Made by a program: the position numbers and the translations under genes. Source: a virus (Duplodnaviria > Caudoviricetes). Taken from it: 64,000 bases of DNA. The notes beneath the pieces are model-generated. The model saw nothing but the letters and a program-made list of their open reading frames with translations. It did no database searches and was not told the DNA's origin. Positions 40,382 through 50,425 of this stretch are shown piece by piece (position 1 is the first letter of the stretch; each line of letters starts with the position of its first letter). The DNA is taken from IMG/VR virus record IMGVR_UViG_3300017774_007926, positions 1,560 through 65,559 of that record; one strand, written 5' to 3'.

Positions 40382-40759
40382 TTATCCTGCTGATGATGAA
40401 CACTTGTTACATTTATATCTTGATACAGACTCGACTAGCGATGGGTTTAGGGTTTCTTCTTTACCACAAATTCTACACTTAACCGTTAATGGCTCAAATT
40501 CTCTAGACCTCGCAACAGGAGGATGCTTAGATAGTCTTTTGTCTATTTCACTATCTTCTTTGTGCATATTCATTTCTGGCATATTTAAAAACTTATTAGA
40601 GTTCTGTGTCTGGCTTTTTGGCTTTTTTGAACTCTTTGTTCTAATGGGACTAGTACCCTCACCGCTTTCATCAGTATCGTCTGACGGCAGCATATTCTGT
40701 AGTAAGGAGATGAGTTGTTTTAGCTGGTCTGGGTTTTTACTTAGTTCACTGAGGTCCAT
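40382..40759 (-). CDS. Hypothetical protein with C-terminal zinc ribbon
   Basis: CRICG...CNKC. Confidence 0.6.
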   Translation of the reverse strand: MDLSELSKNPDQLKQLISLLQNMLPSDDTDESGEGTSPIRTKSSKKPKSQTQNSNKFLNMPEMNMHKEDSEIDKRLSKHPPVARSREFEPLTVKCRICGKEETLNPSLVESVSRYKCNKCSSSAG

Positions 40760-41231
40760 TTTTCACCTTTGCCCTTTGAATAGATAACATAATATCAGAT
40801 AAGTGCTTAATACTATTTGCTAAATATTGAAGTCTATCACTTCTTTGTTTAGCATATTTTTTAATCTTATTTAATGCTGATGCTTTCTCATTATTCTTAA
40901 TGGCCTGAAAAGATTTTTCAATATATCCGTATCCCTTATAATTATTAATCTCTTCAGCAATTGTTTCTTTGATAGTCTCGTCAGCCCAATTTAGTCTGGA
41001 AAGCTCTCTGTTTATTGATCGCTGAACATGAAATGCGAACTGGCCTAGCCTGTATGCTATTTCCCCACAAACCTCTGGAGTTGTTTTTTCTAGTTCATCT
41101 CTACTCATTTGAAAATAGCCATTAAGCTCTTCTTCTGGGAAAGAGTCTGCTCTATAAGTTCCAAGACCAATATTTTTTTCGTATTCGTCAAGAATCTTAT
41201 CCCATTCATTAACTTGTTCTTTCGTGTTCAT
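40746..41231 (-). CDS. Hypothetical helical protein, possibly a UvsY-like recombination mediator
   Basis: 161 aa, all-helical coiled-coil pattern, two genes from recA; the family call is speculative. Confidence 0.35.
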   Translation of the reverse strand: MNTKEQVNEWDKILDEYEKNIGLGTYRADSFPEEELNGYFQMSRDELEKTTPEVCGEIAYRLGQFAFHVQRSINRELSRLNWADETIKETIAEEINNYKGYGYIEKSFQAIKNNEKASALNKIKKYAKQRSDRLQYLANSIKHLSDIMLSIQRAKVKNGPQ

Positions 41232-41628
41232 TTTTAATCCTTAATGTCCAGTGATCAGTCTGATCAAATGGAAGTTCTATATACTCAATGCCATTCAACT
41301 CACACCAATCTTTTTTCTCTTGATCTCGCTTCTTATGTCTTATAAAACCTAGAGGACTATTATGAAAAAATCTACTAAACTTATAATGCTGTTCCCCGTG
41401 AACTTCAATACATCTCTTTATAAGAGGTAGGTAAAAATCTAGGTATAGAGTTTCTGACCTTCTAATATTTACTGGTACTTCTTCTAACACTTGCAGTGTT
41501 GGAAAGCACTCATGTATTAAATCTCTTGCCTGTAAATGTAGGCTAGATTTATTTTGAATTGATCCATGAGCGATATTACCAACTAATTGCCAATTATAAG
41601 AGTTACCATCTAGATCTTTTACTTGCAT
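41209..41628 (-). CDS. DUF559/Vsr-like endonuclease
   Basis: LYLDFYLP...IEVHGEQHY...RDQEKKDWC. Confidence 0.7.
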   Translation of the reverse strand: MQVKDLDGNSYNWQLVGNIAHGSIQNKSSLHLQARDLIHECFPTLQVLEEVPVNIRRSETLYLDFYLPLIKRCIEVHGEQHYKFSRFFHNSPLGFIRHKKRDQEKKDWCELNGIEYIELPFDQTDHWTLRIKNEHERTS

Positions 41629-42641
41629 TTGATGCCCATAGTATCCTTGACTTTTGTCCATAAATCATCATAAACTTCTGGGTGGTCAACTAAGTATTGT
41701 CTTGTTTTTTCAAGACCCTGGAACTTAGGCTTGTCCTCGACAGATGACATAGTATACCATGCTCCACCCTTAGATACAAGTCCCAAATCTACAGCAAGTG
41801 TCAATAATTCCATCTGCTTATCGATTCCCTGACCATATCTAATATAGCTTGTAATCTTACCTCCGGGAGCACCTAGAGCAGAACATAATACTTGCCAATG
41901 TACTTCTTGACCAATTTGGGGACTATCAGTACTTAAATTCCATGGACTAAAATAGTTGGCTTTGATTTTAATATCTGTTTGATATGCAATAGCCTGACCG
42001 CTCTTTTCCTTCCACTCACTATGCCCCATACCGGGATTACCCATTTGGTGAGTAATGCCTATCACAATATTTCTATTAACAGGAATAACATTAGCCACCT
42101 TCCTGCAAAACTTTGCCAATAGCTTTGCGCCATCTGCTCTTTGCATCTTATTCATATCACTAGTAATTTCTGCTTCTGTACATAGAGCAGAATAGGAGTC
42201 TATGATCACTACTGATCCTGGAATTTCGTTGATAATTCTTTCACCAATTTGGAGATATTCTTCTGCGTGAAGAATCTTACCTTCTTGAGATCCAATGATA
42301 TTGAATTTTTCTAGATTTAATCCCGGTATACCTTCTAGATCTCTTTTCTTTAAACGACCTTCTATATTGAGATAATAAACTTCTCTACCATCCTTAAATG
42401 ATCCATGAGCGTATTCTTTCTTCTGTGCTGTTGCACAAAAGTCTAAAGAGGTTGTAGTTTTACCGCATTTTGGTTGACCAGTAAAAATTACGAAACTTCC
42501 TTCTGGTATTCCTCCATTAAGAACAACATCCAGTGCTGGACTAATAGGAATATTAATTAATGACTTATCAATAACAGCATTTGCCGTTAACATCACATTG
42601 TCGCCAAAATTTTTCTTAACATCTTCTTTAAGTGCCATCAT
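41619..42641 (-). CDS. recA: RecA/UvsX-like recombinase
   Basis: ALDVVLNGGIPEG, GQPKCGKTT, VIIDSYSAL. Confidence 0.85.
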   Translation of the reverse strand: MMALKEDVKKNFGDNVMLTANAVIDKSLINIPISPALDVVLNGGIPEGSFVIFTGQPKCGKTTTSLDFCATAQKKEYAHGSFKDGREVYYLNIEGRLKKRDLEGIPGLNLEKFNIIGSQEGKILHAEEYLQIGERIINEIPGSVVIIDSYSALCTEAEITSDMNKMQRADGAKLLAKFCRKVANVIPVNRNIVIGITHQMGNPGMGHSEWKEKSGQAIAYQTDIKIKANYFSPWNLSTDSPQIGQEVHWQVLCSALGAPGGKITSYIRYGQGIDKQMELLTLAVDLGLVSKGGAWYTMSSVEDKPKFQGLEKTRQYLVDHPEVYDDLWTKVKDTMGIKCK

Positions 42642-43056
42642 CTATTTCCTTAAGTTTGGATAGAACATTTTTCTTAACCTGATCTTTTCTATATGATTTA
42701 TCGTTCTTTCGATCAATATCAATAGTAAGGTCTGTGTTTTGAGACTCTAGGAGTTCAGAATGTTTTTGTATAATAGCGGGCAAATGTGGTGCTCGCAAAG
42801 AGTAAATTTTTTCTGCTTCCTTGTCCCTGATAGCATTAATAATAGCTTTAGCACCATATGTTTTTAAAAGCTTATGGGCAGAAGCTATCTGGTTTCTGTA
42901 GTAAGCTTCCCATTTCTTACTAACCCAAAACCTATAATGTAAATCAAGCCTATCTTTTCTTGCTTTATTTTCACATATTAATTCAGTAATATACTGTGCT
43001 GCTGAGACTGTTTTGCCATTGGAATACTTGGACAGATACTGGTTATTATTTTCCAT
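42628..43056 (-). CDS. Hypothetical protein
   Basis: Coupled ORF starting MENNNQYLSKYS. Confidence 0.55.
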   Translation of the reverse strand: MENNNQYLSKYSNGKTVSAAQYITELICENKARKDRLDLHYRFWVSKKWEAYYRNQIASAHKLLKTYGAKAIINAIRDKEAEKIYSLRAPHLPAIIQKHSELLESQNTDLTIDIDRKNDKSYRKDQVKKNVLSKLKEIDDGT

Positions 43057-43393
43057 TTTTTGGATTAAAGATAAAGCTATCATTTCTTGTTCTTGGGATA
43101 TTTGCCATATTGTCTTTTAGCGAATCATTAAGTGCTGATGCTGCACCCGTCATTATCGATACGTTATTGCTTTTTTTACCAGCTGTTTCAGTTATCATTA
43201 AATTTTTAGACTTACTTACCGAAGATTTTGCTGTCTTCAAATTATTATCAGACGTACTGGTACTAACCTTTTCTAGTACTGTTAATACTTGTTTTTCTGT
43301 TATTTTTAATTCATCAGCGATTTCTACTGGTGATTTATTTTGACTATTTAACCAGCTAATAGCATAACCTAGTGTTTTATTAATTCTAGCCAT
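43046..43393 (-). CDS. Hypothetical HTH-containing protein
   Basis: KSPVEIADELKITEKQV. Confidence 0.55.
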   Translation of the reverse strand: MARINKTLGYAISWLNSQNKSPVEIADELKITEKQVLTVLEKVSTSTSDNNLKTAKSSVSKSKNLMITETAGKKSNNVSIMTGAASALNDSLKDNMANIPRTRNDSFIFNPKNGK

Positions 43394-43396
43394 AAT

Positions 43397-43783
43397 TTAC
43401 ATCTCCCTTTCTGCATTATTTAACCATGCAATATTTTTGGTTTTCAAAAAACTTAAATACATATTGAAAGCTTTTAGGTTTACTTCTTTATACTTATTTT
43501 GAGATCTACAGACTCTATCTAAAAATGAGCTAATTTTTGTCTCTCCATATATAGACATGGGATTGAAAATCTTTCCGTTGTTGTCTAGCTTTATAGTATA
43601 CTTTACAGCCCCGCCATCTCTTACAATTTTTTTAGCGAGTACGTTGTCACCATTTTCGCTGTTGCATCTTGGGTTATTGTTTGAGTCAAGAAAATCTTCT
43701 TGTCCTTTCATACAATAAAACTCATCTCCGTTTTGAATATTATCTAATGATGCATTTTTAGCTGAATGTATAAAGTTATTCAT
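43397..43783 (-). CDS. Hypothetical protein (paralogue of 44409..44816)
   Basis: Shares the C-terminus F..Y..FLKT.N..WLN.A.RE. Confidence 0.6.
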   Translation of the reverse strand: MNNFIHSAKNASLDNIQNGDEFYCMKGQEDFLDSNNNPRCNSENGDNVLAKKIVRDGGAVKYTIKLDNNGKIFNPMSIYGETKISSFLDRVCRSQNKYKEVNLKAFNMYLSFLKTKNIAWLNNAEREM

Positions 43784-44066
43784 TTTTTATTCCTGTGTCT
43801 TTTTCGTATGCTTTTTGTGCCGAACTAGCTAGGCATCCTTCTAAGAAACTAAAAAAGGAACCCATAAACTCTTTGTAGTCGGCATCTTCTTTTACTGGGA
43901 TGTGGTAATGCTTAGTGCAAATTTCTTCATATCCAGCATCTTCACCCCTTTCATTCTCACTTATTACGCTAGCAGTAATATTGAAAATAATTTCATGCTT
44001 ACAGCTAATCTTTTTGTTTTGTCCTTCAAATAAAGAACCATATTGATTTTCCATTTTTATACCCAT
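43776..44066 (-). CDS. Hypothetical protein
   Basis: 96-aa coupled ORF. Confidence 0.5.
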   Translation of the reverse strand: MGIKMENQYGSLFEGQNKKISCKHEIIFNITASVISENERGEDAGYEEICTKHYHIPVKEDADYKEFMGSFFSFLEGCLASSAQKAYEKDTGIKNE

Positions 44067-44404
44067 TTAGTCTTTGGAGTTTTCTTCATTCTGGTCATTC
44101 CTTTTGGTAGTTCTGATGGCGCTGGACCTTCTTTATAGTCGTTGTGCTTTTGATACAGATTTAATTTTTGATCATCTGTTAACTTATCTCTATTCCTGTT
44201 TGCTAGATCGCCTATAGTTTTGAGTTCTGAGTCAGATTTTTTGACTGAAGAATTTATAGTTAGTACATCTTCAGTATATGCTCGTATAACATTTCTGGAA
44301 TTAGAACACTTTTCACATCTTTGTTTTTCTGAATAGTCTTTTATGCTACATATAATTTCGAACTTATATTTGCATTTTTCACAATAAAACGTATATGCTG
44401 GCAT
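44057..44404 (-). CDS. FmdB-like zinc-ribbon protein
   Basis: MPAYTFYCEKCKYKFE...CEKC. Confidence 0.75.
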   Translation of the reverse strand: MPAYTFYCEKCKYKFEIICSIKDYSEKQRCEKCSNSRNVIRAYTEDVLTINSSVKKSDSELKTIGDLANRNRDKLTDDQKLNLYQKHNDYKEGPAPSELPKGMTRMKKTPKTKWV

Positions 44405-44408
44405 ACTA

Positions 44409-44816
44409 TTACTTCAATTCCCTCTGTGCGCTATTTAGCCATTTAGTATTATTGGTTTTTAAAAAGTTAATATAGTGATTGAAGGCGCTTTCTGTTACTT
44501 CAGAAAATACTGATTCTATCTTACAGGTTTTATTTATAAACGAAGATTTTTCTTTAGTCTTTATAGAGTAGGTCTCTATTGGATTAATAATATTCTTATT
44601 TGGGTCAGTCTTAATATAAAATCTATAAGACAGATTATTTGATCCAAAAGCTTTTGCTACCTTACTCTTTACTGCTTTGGCAAATGTGTATTCATTTTCA
44701 GATTCCGATCTTGGAAATCCTCCATCATCGCAAAATGATTCATGTCCTAACAGGGTATAGAACTTATTCTGTTCCTGATTTTGTTTGATCCTAAAATCTT
44801 CGGTATCAACTCGCAT
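44409..44816 (-). CDS. Hypothetical protein (paralogue of 43397..43783)
   Basis: FYTLLGHESFCD...FPR...INP...FLKTNNTKWLNSAQRE. Confidence 0.6.
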   Translation of the reverse strand: MRVDTEDFRIKQNQEQNKFYTLLGHESFCDDGGFPRSESENEYTFAKAVKSKVAKAFGSNNLSYRFYIKTDPNKNIINPIETYSIKTKEKSSFINKTCKIESVFSEVTESAFNHYINFLKTNNTKWLNSAQRELK

Positions 44817-44820
44817 TTAA

Positions 44821-45405
44821 TTATCCTGTATATGATTCTGGCAAATATAGATGCCATTCTTGAGGAATATCTGTCCTTATAGTAGATAGATGGTGAGATA
44901 CGGGCAAGTAGCGGATATTTTTTTGTGGAACTATTGGCAAGTTTAGTAATGGCATATTGGCTTGCTTTGGGGTCTTACTTCCTTTTCTCCTATTACATTC
45001 TACACAAGCAGTTACTATGTTTGTCCATGTCGTAGGACTTGCAGATTTATGCTTCCAAGATGATTTTGGAATAACATGATCATAGGTAAGCTTATTTAGC
45101 TCTTTTATATTTCCACAATATTGACAGGTATAATTATCTCTGATAAATAAATTTTTACGAGAAAAAGTAACTTTTTGGTTATTTATACGAAAATATCTAT
45201 TCGTTTTTACTACTGCTGGAATAGGATGCTTTTTATCATTAACACCAATAATAAAATCATCTTTATAAAAGTCTAGTATCTCTATACCATGATTGCTTTT
45301 ATTTTCATACTTTACGCACCAAGTTATAGCTCTCTTCCAGTCTATAATACCTAGTGGAGAATAATCTCCATTTAGTACTAAGCATTTGCTATTTTCTGTT
45401 TTCAT
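44821..45405 (-). CDS. HNH endonuclease (McrA-like)
   Basis: RDNYTCQYCG...TYDHVIPKS...NIVTACVECNRRKG. Confidence 0.85.
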   Translation of the reverse strand: MKTENSKCLVLNGDYSPLGIIDWKRAITWCVKYENKSNHGIEILDFYKDDFIIGVNDKKHPIPAVVKTNRYFRINNQKVTFSRKNLFIRDNYTCQYCGNIKELNKLTYDHVIPKSSWKHKSASPTTWTNIVTACVECNRRKGSKTPKQANMPLLNLPIVPQKNIRYLPVSHHLSTIRTDIPQEWHLYLPESYTG

Positions 45406-46114
45406 TTTCGTATGAGTCTAAACGACCTATGATTTTTCCTATGATAGGATTCCTAACTATATCTGCAAATTCAAGCTTAGAAATACCTATGCCTTCCATA
45501 TCAGAAAGTGCTGATAACATATCATAAAATCCGCCCTGCATATGTCTATGTAGATCAGATTGACTAACGTCCCCTGTTAATACCATCTTGCTATTATTAC
45601 CTATTCTGGTTAATAGCATTTTTAGTTGATCATATGAAGCATTTTGGCATTCATCTGCAACTATAAAAGCATTATGAAAATTACGTCCTCTCATCAAGCC
45701 TAATGGTACTATCTCAATCTTGTTATTTGTCTTTAAAGTGGTATAGTGAGCAGAGGGTATGAAGTGGTTTACTTCGTCTAGTAATGGCAGAAGATAGGGG
45801 TGTAGTTTTTCTTCCGCTGTACCGGGAAGGTATCCTATCTTTTCTCCAGATTCTACAACTGGTCTTGTGATAATAATCTTTTTAACTTTTTCATCAAGCA
45901 AGTATTCTAAAGCCATACCTATGGCAATATGAGTCTTACCACTACCAGCAACACCTTGACAAAAGGTTATAGTGTTTTCTGCTACTGTTCTAATATATTC
46001 TTTTTGATTTTCTGTTCTTGGTTTAAGCCTATTTCTATAAGCGGAGGGAATTTGGATCTCATTTGTAGCATCGATAACCCTGGGTCTTTTCTTAGAGCTA
46101 TTTTTTTTTCTCAA
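45389..46114 (-). CDS. phoH: PhoH-family ATPase
   Basis: GVAGSGKT, RPVVESGEKIGYLPG, MRGRNF, DECQN, GDVSQSD. Confidence 0.92.
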   Translation of the reverse strand: MRKKNSSKKRPRVIDATNEIQIPSAYRNRLKPRTENQKEYIRTVAENTITFCQGVAGSGKTHIAIGMALEYLLDEKVKKIIITRPVVESGEKIGYLPGTAEEKLHPYLLPLLDEVNHFIPSAHYTTLKTNNKIEIVPLGLMRGRNFHNAFIVADECQNASYDQLKMLLTRIGNNSKMVLTGDVSQSDLHRHMQGGFYDMLSALSDMEGIGISKLEFADIVRNPIIGKIIGRLDSYENENRK

Positions 46115-46163
46115 ATTATGCCCTTTTAACTACAGAGGATAGGACCTTCCAATCATAAGTATA

Positions 46164-46170
46164 ATACACC
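46164..46170 (-). promoter_or_regulatory. GGTGTAT motif (candidate phage-specific promoter)
   Basis: GGTGTATTATACT, intergenic, 50 nt upstream of phoH. Confidence 0.6.
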
Positions 46171-46186
46171 GTTAATAAGAGTTGTC

Positions 46187-46615
46187 TTATTTTATCCCAC
46201 TAGAACCGAACCCATTATTTGATCTACTAGTATCCGAAAGTTCTGGTACCTCTTCCATTTTAAAATTCCAATGTTCTTCAAATATAATTTGTGCAATCCT
46301 ATCTCCAACATTGACAATAAACTCTTTATCTTTGTCTGTATTATATAGAACAACACCGAGAGGACCACGATAAGAACTGTCTATAACTCCAGCTAATACA
46401 TCAATACCATATTTAACAGCAAGTCCTGATCTAGGCGCTATTCTTCCATAAAACCCATAAGGAATCTCTAAAGCCAATCCTGTACTGATAAGAGCACGAG
46501 ATAGTGGAGGGATAGTAATATGTTCTATTGATCTCAAATCAGCCCCAGCATCTGATACATTATTTCTAGATGGTAGACTAGCTTTGGGATCTAACTTTTT
46601 AAAATATACTGGCAT
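46187..46615 (-). CDS. dut: Trimeric dUTPase
   Basis: AGADL, APRSGLA, GVIDSSYRG, GDRIAQ, GFGSSG; ATG 46615 overlaps the nrdJ stop (TAATG). Confidence 0.95.
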   Translation of the reverse strand: MPVYFKKLDPKASLPSRNNVSDAGADLRSIEHITIPPLSRALISTGLALEIPYGFYGRIAPRSGLAVKYGIDVLAGVIDSSYRGPLGVVLYNTDKDKEFIVNVGDRIAQIIFEEHWNFKMEEVPELSDTSRSNNGFGSSGIK

Positions 46616-48807
46616 TATATTAAGCAGGCTCCCCCAGCACAACTGATTTCTTCGATACCGGCAGTGTTATCTTCAGTTTCTAATAGTTGAGTATAGTCTA
46701 CCTTACCAAAGCTACTATATAGATCGCAGTATATCTTCCAGTTGTAAACATCCTTCATACAATACGTTAATCTTCTAATATCTCCATCAAAGTATTTGCT
46801 GGCAAAATTTTTCATCTTAGCAGCAAACATAATTTTACTCTCATCATCACTATCTTTAGCTTGATTTAAACCAACATAGTCACAAGCAGCCCACAAGTTA
46901 TTATTAAAAGAGTTGAGAGCAAGCTCTATTAATCCAGAGCACCATAAAGCAGCATCTCCGTACTCTTTAACAATTTCCCTGCTTGTATATACTGTAGTAA
47001 ATGGAGCTTGAGGATAATCCTTATCTCCACTTTGTGGAATTAAAGATATTCCTGCAAAATACTTCCTATTGTCATAAATGTATTTGGTTACAGATTCCCA
47101 TTCGTCTGGTTTAACTGTGACAGTATTACTAACATTATGACTCAAATATTCCTGTGTACATAATGATCTATTTTTGCCAGAGTGAACCCAGTTCTTTTGG
47201 GTCTCTTTTACAACAGAGAGCATTTCTACTGCTGGTAATTGATTTCTTAACTTAGCACCATCTGGTACTTCTATTGGAAACTTAACTACTTCATCAGTAT
47301 TGTTTGCAGACCACGATGATTTTTCGCAGGCTTGCGGGTTTACTTTCTTGAAGTGTTGATATGGTGCTTCTAAAATATTGGCCTGAACATGGCGTATGTA
47401 TCGTTTAGCATGGTGTGGGTGGATACCAGAACTAGTACCCAACATACTTGACGATGTTCCCTCTGGCTTCAAGCACGTTACTCTTGCTGCTTGGTTTATA
47501 TTGATTTTTTTAGCAATTTGCTTATTGGTTTCAACAGCAATCTTAGCTCCCTTAGTTAATGTCTTTTCTGTAAGAACAAGATCATGCTTTTCCATGGTTC
47601 CAGTTAATGAGACTCCAAGCAAAGCTTCTCTTTCAAAGATCTTTTCGCTAGTTGGTCCAAGATACTCTAACTTGGTAAAGCCAGCTTGTAATGTTCCTAT
47701 GATAGCTGCTGCCTTGCATCTTTCATAGAAATCTTCTTCATCGTCAACACTAGAGCAATTAATTGTGGATAGATTGCAGCCTTGCCATCCGCTCTTACCG
47801 CTACTCTCATCTATAGGCCACATGCCAATTTCAACACAAGGATTAAAAATCATTTCTGTTGATTCGCTCCAAATGAAGCCCGGCTCACCGAACTCCTTAA
47901 CCGATTGCATCAAACCAGAAAATTCTTCAAAGGTAGTTTCACCTTTTAGAAGTAATGCAGAGTTATTGCTTCGTGCTCTTTGTGGATTTTCCACATACCA
48001 GTTACCTGTCTTGGCTTTGGCCATCTCATCGTCATCATGACTAAATAGTGCTAGAGATGCACTTCTTCTAACTCCACCAGATAAAACAGCATCACTACTA
48101 TGCATAACAATATCATAAGCATCAATTGGTCTTAGTTTTTTTTGTCCACTACTAATACATCTATCTAATAGTGCTCTGATCTTTTCGAGACCATTAGCTA
48201 ATGGTTCATATCCGGGAGCCTTGCCAACACCAGATGCTAGTGATGATCCTTTTGGTCTAATATTGGAATAGTCAAATACAATATGAGTATTTTTATACTG
48301 TTTGAACTCTTCAACTGGTTTGCTAAAATAAGAACTTAGCAAAACACCCAAGGCATTTGCCCATCCTTCAATGCTGTCCTCTATTAAGTATTTTGTGGCC
48401 TGATCTTCTTCTACTGAATGTTCCAATGAGGGTAGCTTTGCGACATGGTGCTTCTGAACACTGAATCCAGTGCCAGACCCACACAATAATAACCAAAAAC
48501 ATTCCTGAAAAAATCTTAGACGATCACAGTAGCTTGCTGTGCAATTATAGATTTTAGCATGACGCTTTAAGATAGGTTCGCCACCGAATTGTAATGCTCT
48601 TTGACTACCAAGAACTTTCTTCTTATACATAATATCATATGCCCAGTCGATATCTTCTGCTATTCCGAAAGAATCATATTGAGTATGCATCATTTCACGT
48701 ACTCTATCAACAGCCTCTTTCCAAGTTTCTCTGCGATTCTTGTCCTCTAACCAACGAGCATATTTGCTGACGAATGTATAATTTTGTAGTTCTTGAAGTG
48801 CAGACAT
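46615..48807 (-). CDS. nrdJ: Class II (B12-dependent) ribonucleotide reductase, monomeric RTPR type
   Basis: YNC, GGVRRSA, NPCVEI, TCLKPEGTSS, C-terminal SCAGGAC. Confidence 0.9.
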   Translation of the reverse strand: MSALQELQNYTFVSKYARWLEDKNRRETWKEAVDRVREMMHTQYDSFGIAEDIDWAYDIMYKKKVLGSQRALQFGGEPILKRHAKIYNCTASYCDRLRFFQECFWLLLCGSGTGFSVQKHHVAKLPSLEHSVEEDQATKYLIEDSIEGWANALGVLLSSYFSKPVEEFKQYKNTHIVFDYSNIRPKGSSLASGVGKAPGYEPLANGLEKIRALLDRCISSGQKKLRPIDAYDIVMHSSDAVLSGGVRRSASLALFSHDDDEMAKAKTGNWYVENPQRARSNNSALLLKGETTFEEFSGLMQSVKEFGEPGFIWSESTEMIFNPCVEIGMWPIDESSGKSGWQGCNLSTINCSSVDDEEDFYERCKAAAIIGTLQAGFTKLEYLGPTSEKIFEREALLGVSLTGTMEKHDLVLTEKTLTKGAKIAVETNKQIAKKININQAARVTCLKPEGTSSSMLGTSSGIHPHHAKRYIRHVQANILEAPYQHFKKVNPQACEKSSWSANNTDEVVKFPIEVPDGAKLRNQLPAVEMLSVVKETQKNWVHSGKNRSLCTQEYLSHNVSNTVTVKPDEWESVTKYIYDNRKYFAGISLIPQSGDKDYPQAPFTTVYTSREIVKEYGDAALWCSGLIELALNSFNNNLWAACDYVGLNQAKDSDDESKIMFAAKMKNFASKYFDGDIRRLTYCMKDVYNWKIYCDLYSSFGKVDYTQLLETEDNTAGIEEISCAGGACLI

Positions 48808-48808
48808 A

Positions 48809-48946
48809 TTATCTCCTATTTAGTAATGCAATGAGGCCGAGAATGACGGTGATGTGGAATAATTTATTAACATTAGGATCACCGATGTATTCCAGATATG
48901 ATAAATAAAATACTGATAGATAAAAAAATAAACTTTGTACATTCAT
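48809..48946 (-). CDS. Small membrane peptide (45 aa, not in the ORF track)
   Basis: MNVQSLFFYLSVFYLSYLEYIGDPNVNKLFHITVILGLIALLNRR; ATGA overlap with the upstream stop. Confidence 0.5.
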   Translation of the reverse strand: MNVQSLFFYLSVFYLSYLEYIGDPNVNKLFHITVILGLIALLNRR

Positions 48947-49410
48947 ATTACACCGCACAGGCTCTTTAGCCAAGATAGGTCTGGTGTTACTTTCATAATT
49001 TTTATTCCGCTCATCTCTACAAAAGTATCAAATATTTTTTTAGCATTGTCATCAAATAAGTGTGTCCCATGATCATCGGTCATATAAACTGTTTGAACAC
49101 CTTCCTGCCATAAAGCCATAATACAATCATTACAGCATTGACCAGTAACATAGGCTATGCCATTATCTGGTCTAACAACACAATTAGATAGTGCGTTTCT
49201 TTCAGAGTGAACCATCCAAGGATATTTATCTGGACGATTCTTTGGAAGCTTAGTATCATCTAAGCCTCTTGGATACCCATTATATCCTACTCCTAGTATC
49301 CTATTATTTTGATCTGTGATAACACAACCATGCTGAGTATGTATGTCATGGCTCCTTTGGGAAACAACTTTAGCTAATCCCAAGAAATAGTCCGTCCAGA
49401 TTGGTCTCAT
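48943..49410 (-). CDS. dCMP deaminase
   Basis: GYNG, HSERNAL, CCNDC. Confidence 0.9.
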   Translation of the reverse strand: MRPIWTDYFLGLAKVVSQRSHDIHTQHGCVITDQNNRILGVGYNGYPRGLDDTKLPKNRPDKYPWMVHSERNALSNCVVRPDNGIAYVTGQCCNDCIMALWQEGVQTVYMTDDHGTHLFDDNAKKIFDTFVEMSGIKIMKVTPDLSWLKSLCGVI

Positions 49411-49423
49411 TATTAAGCGTCGA

Positions 49424-49669
49424 TTATTTTTCTAATAGCTTTTTGTAAAATACTAAGGAAGCAATTGCTCCTGCAACTCCCATAACTATCCCCGTAGGTT
49501 GTAGTGGAGTCATACCAAGCAGATAAGTTATTATACCGCCGCAGTACGATCCTGCAACCCCTAAAGCTATAGTTTTCCAGAAACCGAAATTTTCTTCTCC
49601 TGGAACGATACTTTTAGCAATTGAACCGACAAAAAGACCATAAACACACCAAATCATTATATTAAACAT
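49424..49669 (-). CDS. GlsB/YeaQ/YmgE-like small membrane protein
   Basis: GSIAKSIVPG...TIALGVAGS..GG, three hydrophobic helices. Confidence 0.75.
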   Translation of the reverse strand: MFNIMIWCVYGLFVGSIAKSIVPGEENFGFWKTIALGVAGSYCGGIITYLLGMTPLQPTGIVMGVAGAIASLVFYKKLLEK

Positions 49670-50060
49670 TTGCTGCCTCCACTAAGGTTACCACTTCCTC
49701 CTCCGTGAGAACTTCTCCTGTTTCTAATAAAGCATTCAATATCGCTAAAGAATACTTTTCATAATCTTCTTTTTTCATTTCTCTTCTTAAGATTTTCTTA
49801 ATTCTCATCTTAGTAAACCAACCCCTACGCTCACTAAAGGTATGTAGTTGTTCGCTGTACATTGCGTATTTATCTTCTGCTGTAGATTGAGCAGTTAGTT
49901 TATTTTTATTACATTCTTGTAGTATTCTTACACAAGTTAAGACTATGCTGATAATCATTAAAATAGTAACAATAGCAAATCCATATACCTCGTCTTTTGG
50001 TACATTAGATTTTTCTAAAATTTTAATAGCTATAGCTTTGAGTTTTTCATTATCAGCCAT
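49662..50060 (-). CDS. Hypothetical single-pass membrane protein
   Basis: FAIVTILMIISIVLTCVRILQEC. Confidence 0.6.
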   Translation of the reverse strand: MADNEKLKAIAIKILEKSNVPKDEVYGFAIVTILMIISIVLTCVRILQECNKNKLTAQSTAEDKYAMYSEQLHTFSERRGWFTKMRIKKILRREMKKEDYEKYSLAILNALLETGEVLTEEEVVTLVEAANV

Positions 50061-50065
50061 AGTAT

Positions 50066-50425
50066 TTATCTCCTTGATGTTTTAGGAATTGGGCAGTTTC
50101 CATCAGGACAATTTATTGGAGAAGAGTGTGTCTTAGCTGGTGGGACTGATGGGGAGATTGATTTTATTGGGCCTACAGAAATAGAGCCTTTATCTGCTTC
50201 ACAATATGTACAATCAATTTTAAGAATACCATCACCACTCATATACCAACCTTTACCCTTGCAAATTGGACAGTCTTTTCTTTTATATTTTTGTGTTACT
50301 TCCTGCACATGCTTTGCTTTAATAATGCCTCCAGCAAGAGTTACTGGGGCTGTTGTAGAGCCATAGTAGGATGACTGACTAAACAATAGTCCAACGCAAA
50401 ATAAACCAACAAACAATTTATTCAT
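50066..50425 (-). CDS. Signal-peptide-bearing Cys-rich protein
   Basis: MNKLFVGLFCVGLLF; CPICKG...CTYC; CPDGNCP. Confidence 0.6.
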   Translation of the reverse strand: MNKLFVGLFCVGLLFSQSSYYGSTTAPVTLAGGIIKAKHVQEVTQKYKRKDCPICKGKGWYMSGDGILKIDCTYCEADKGSISVGPIKSISPSVPPAKTHSSPINCPDGNCPIPKTSRR

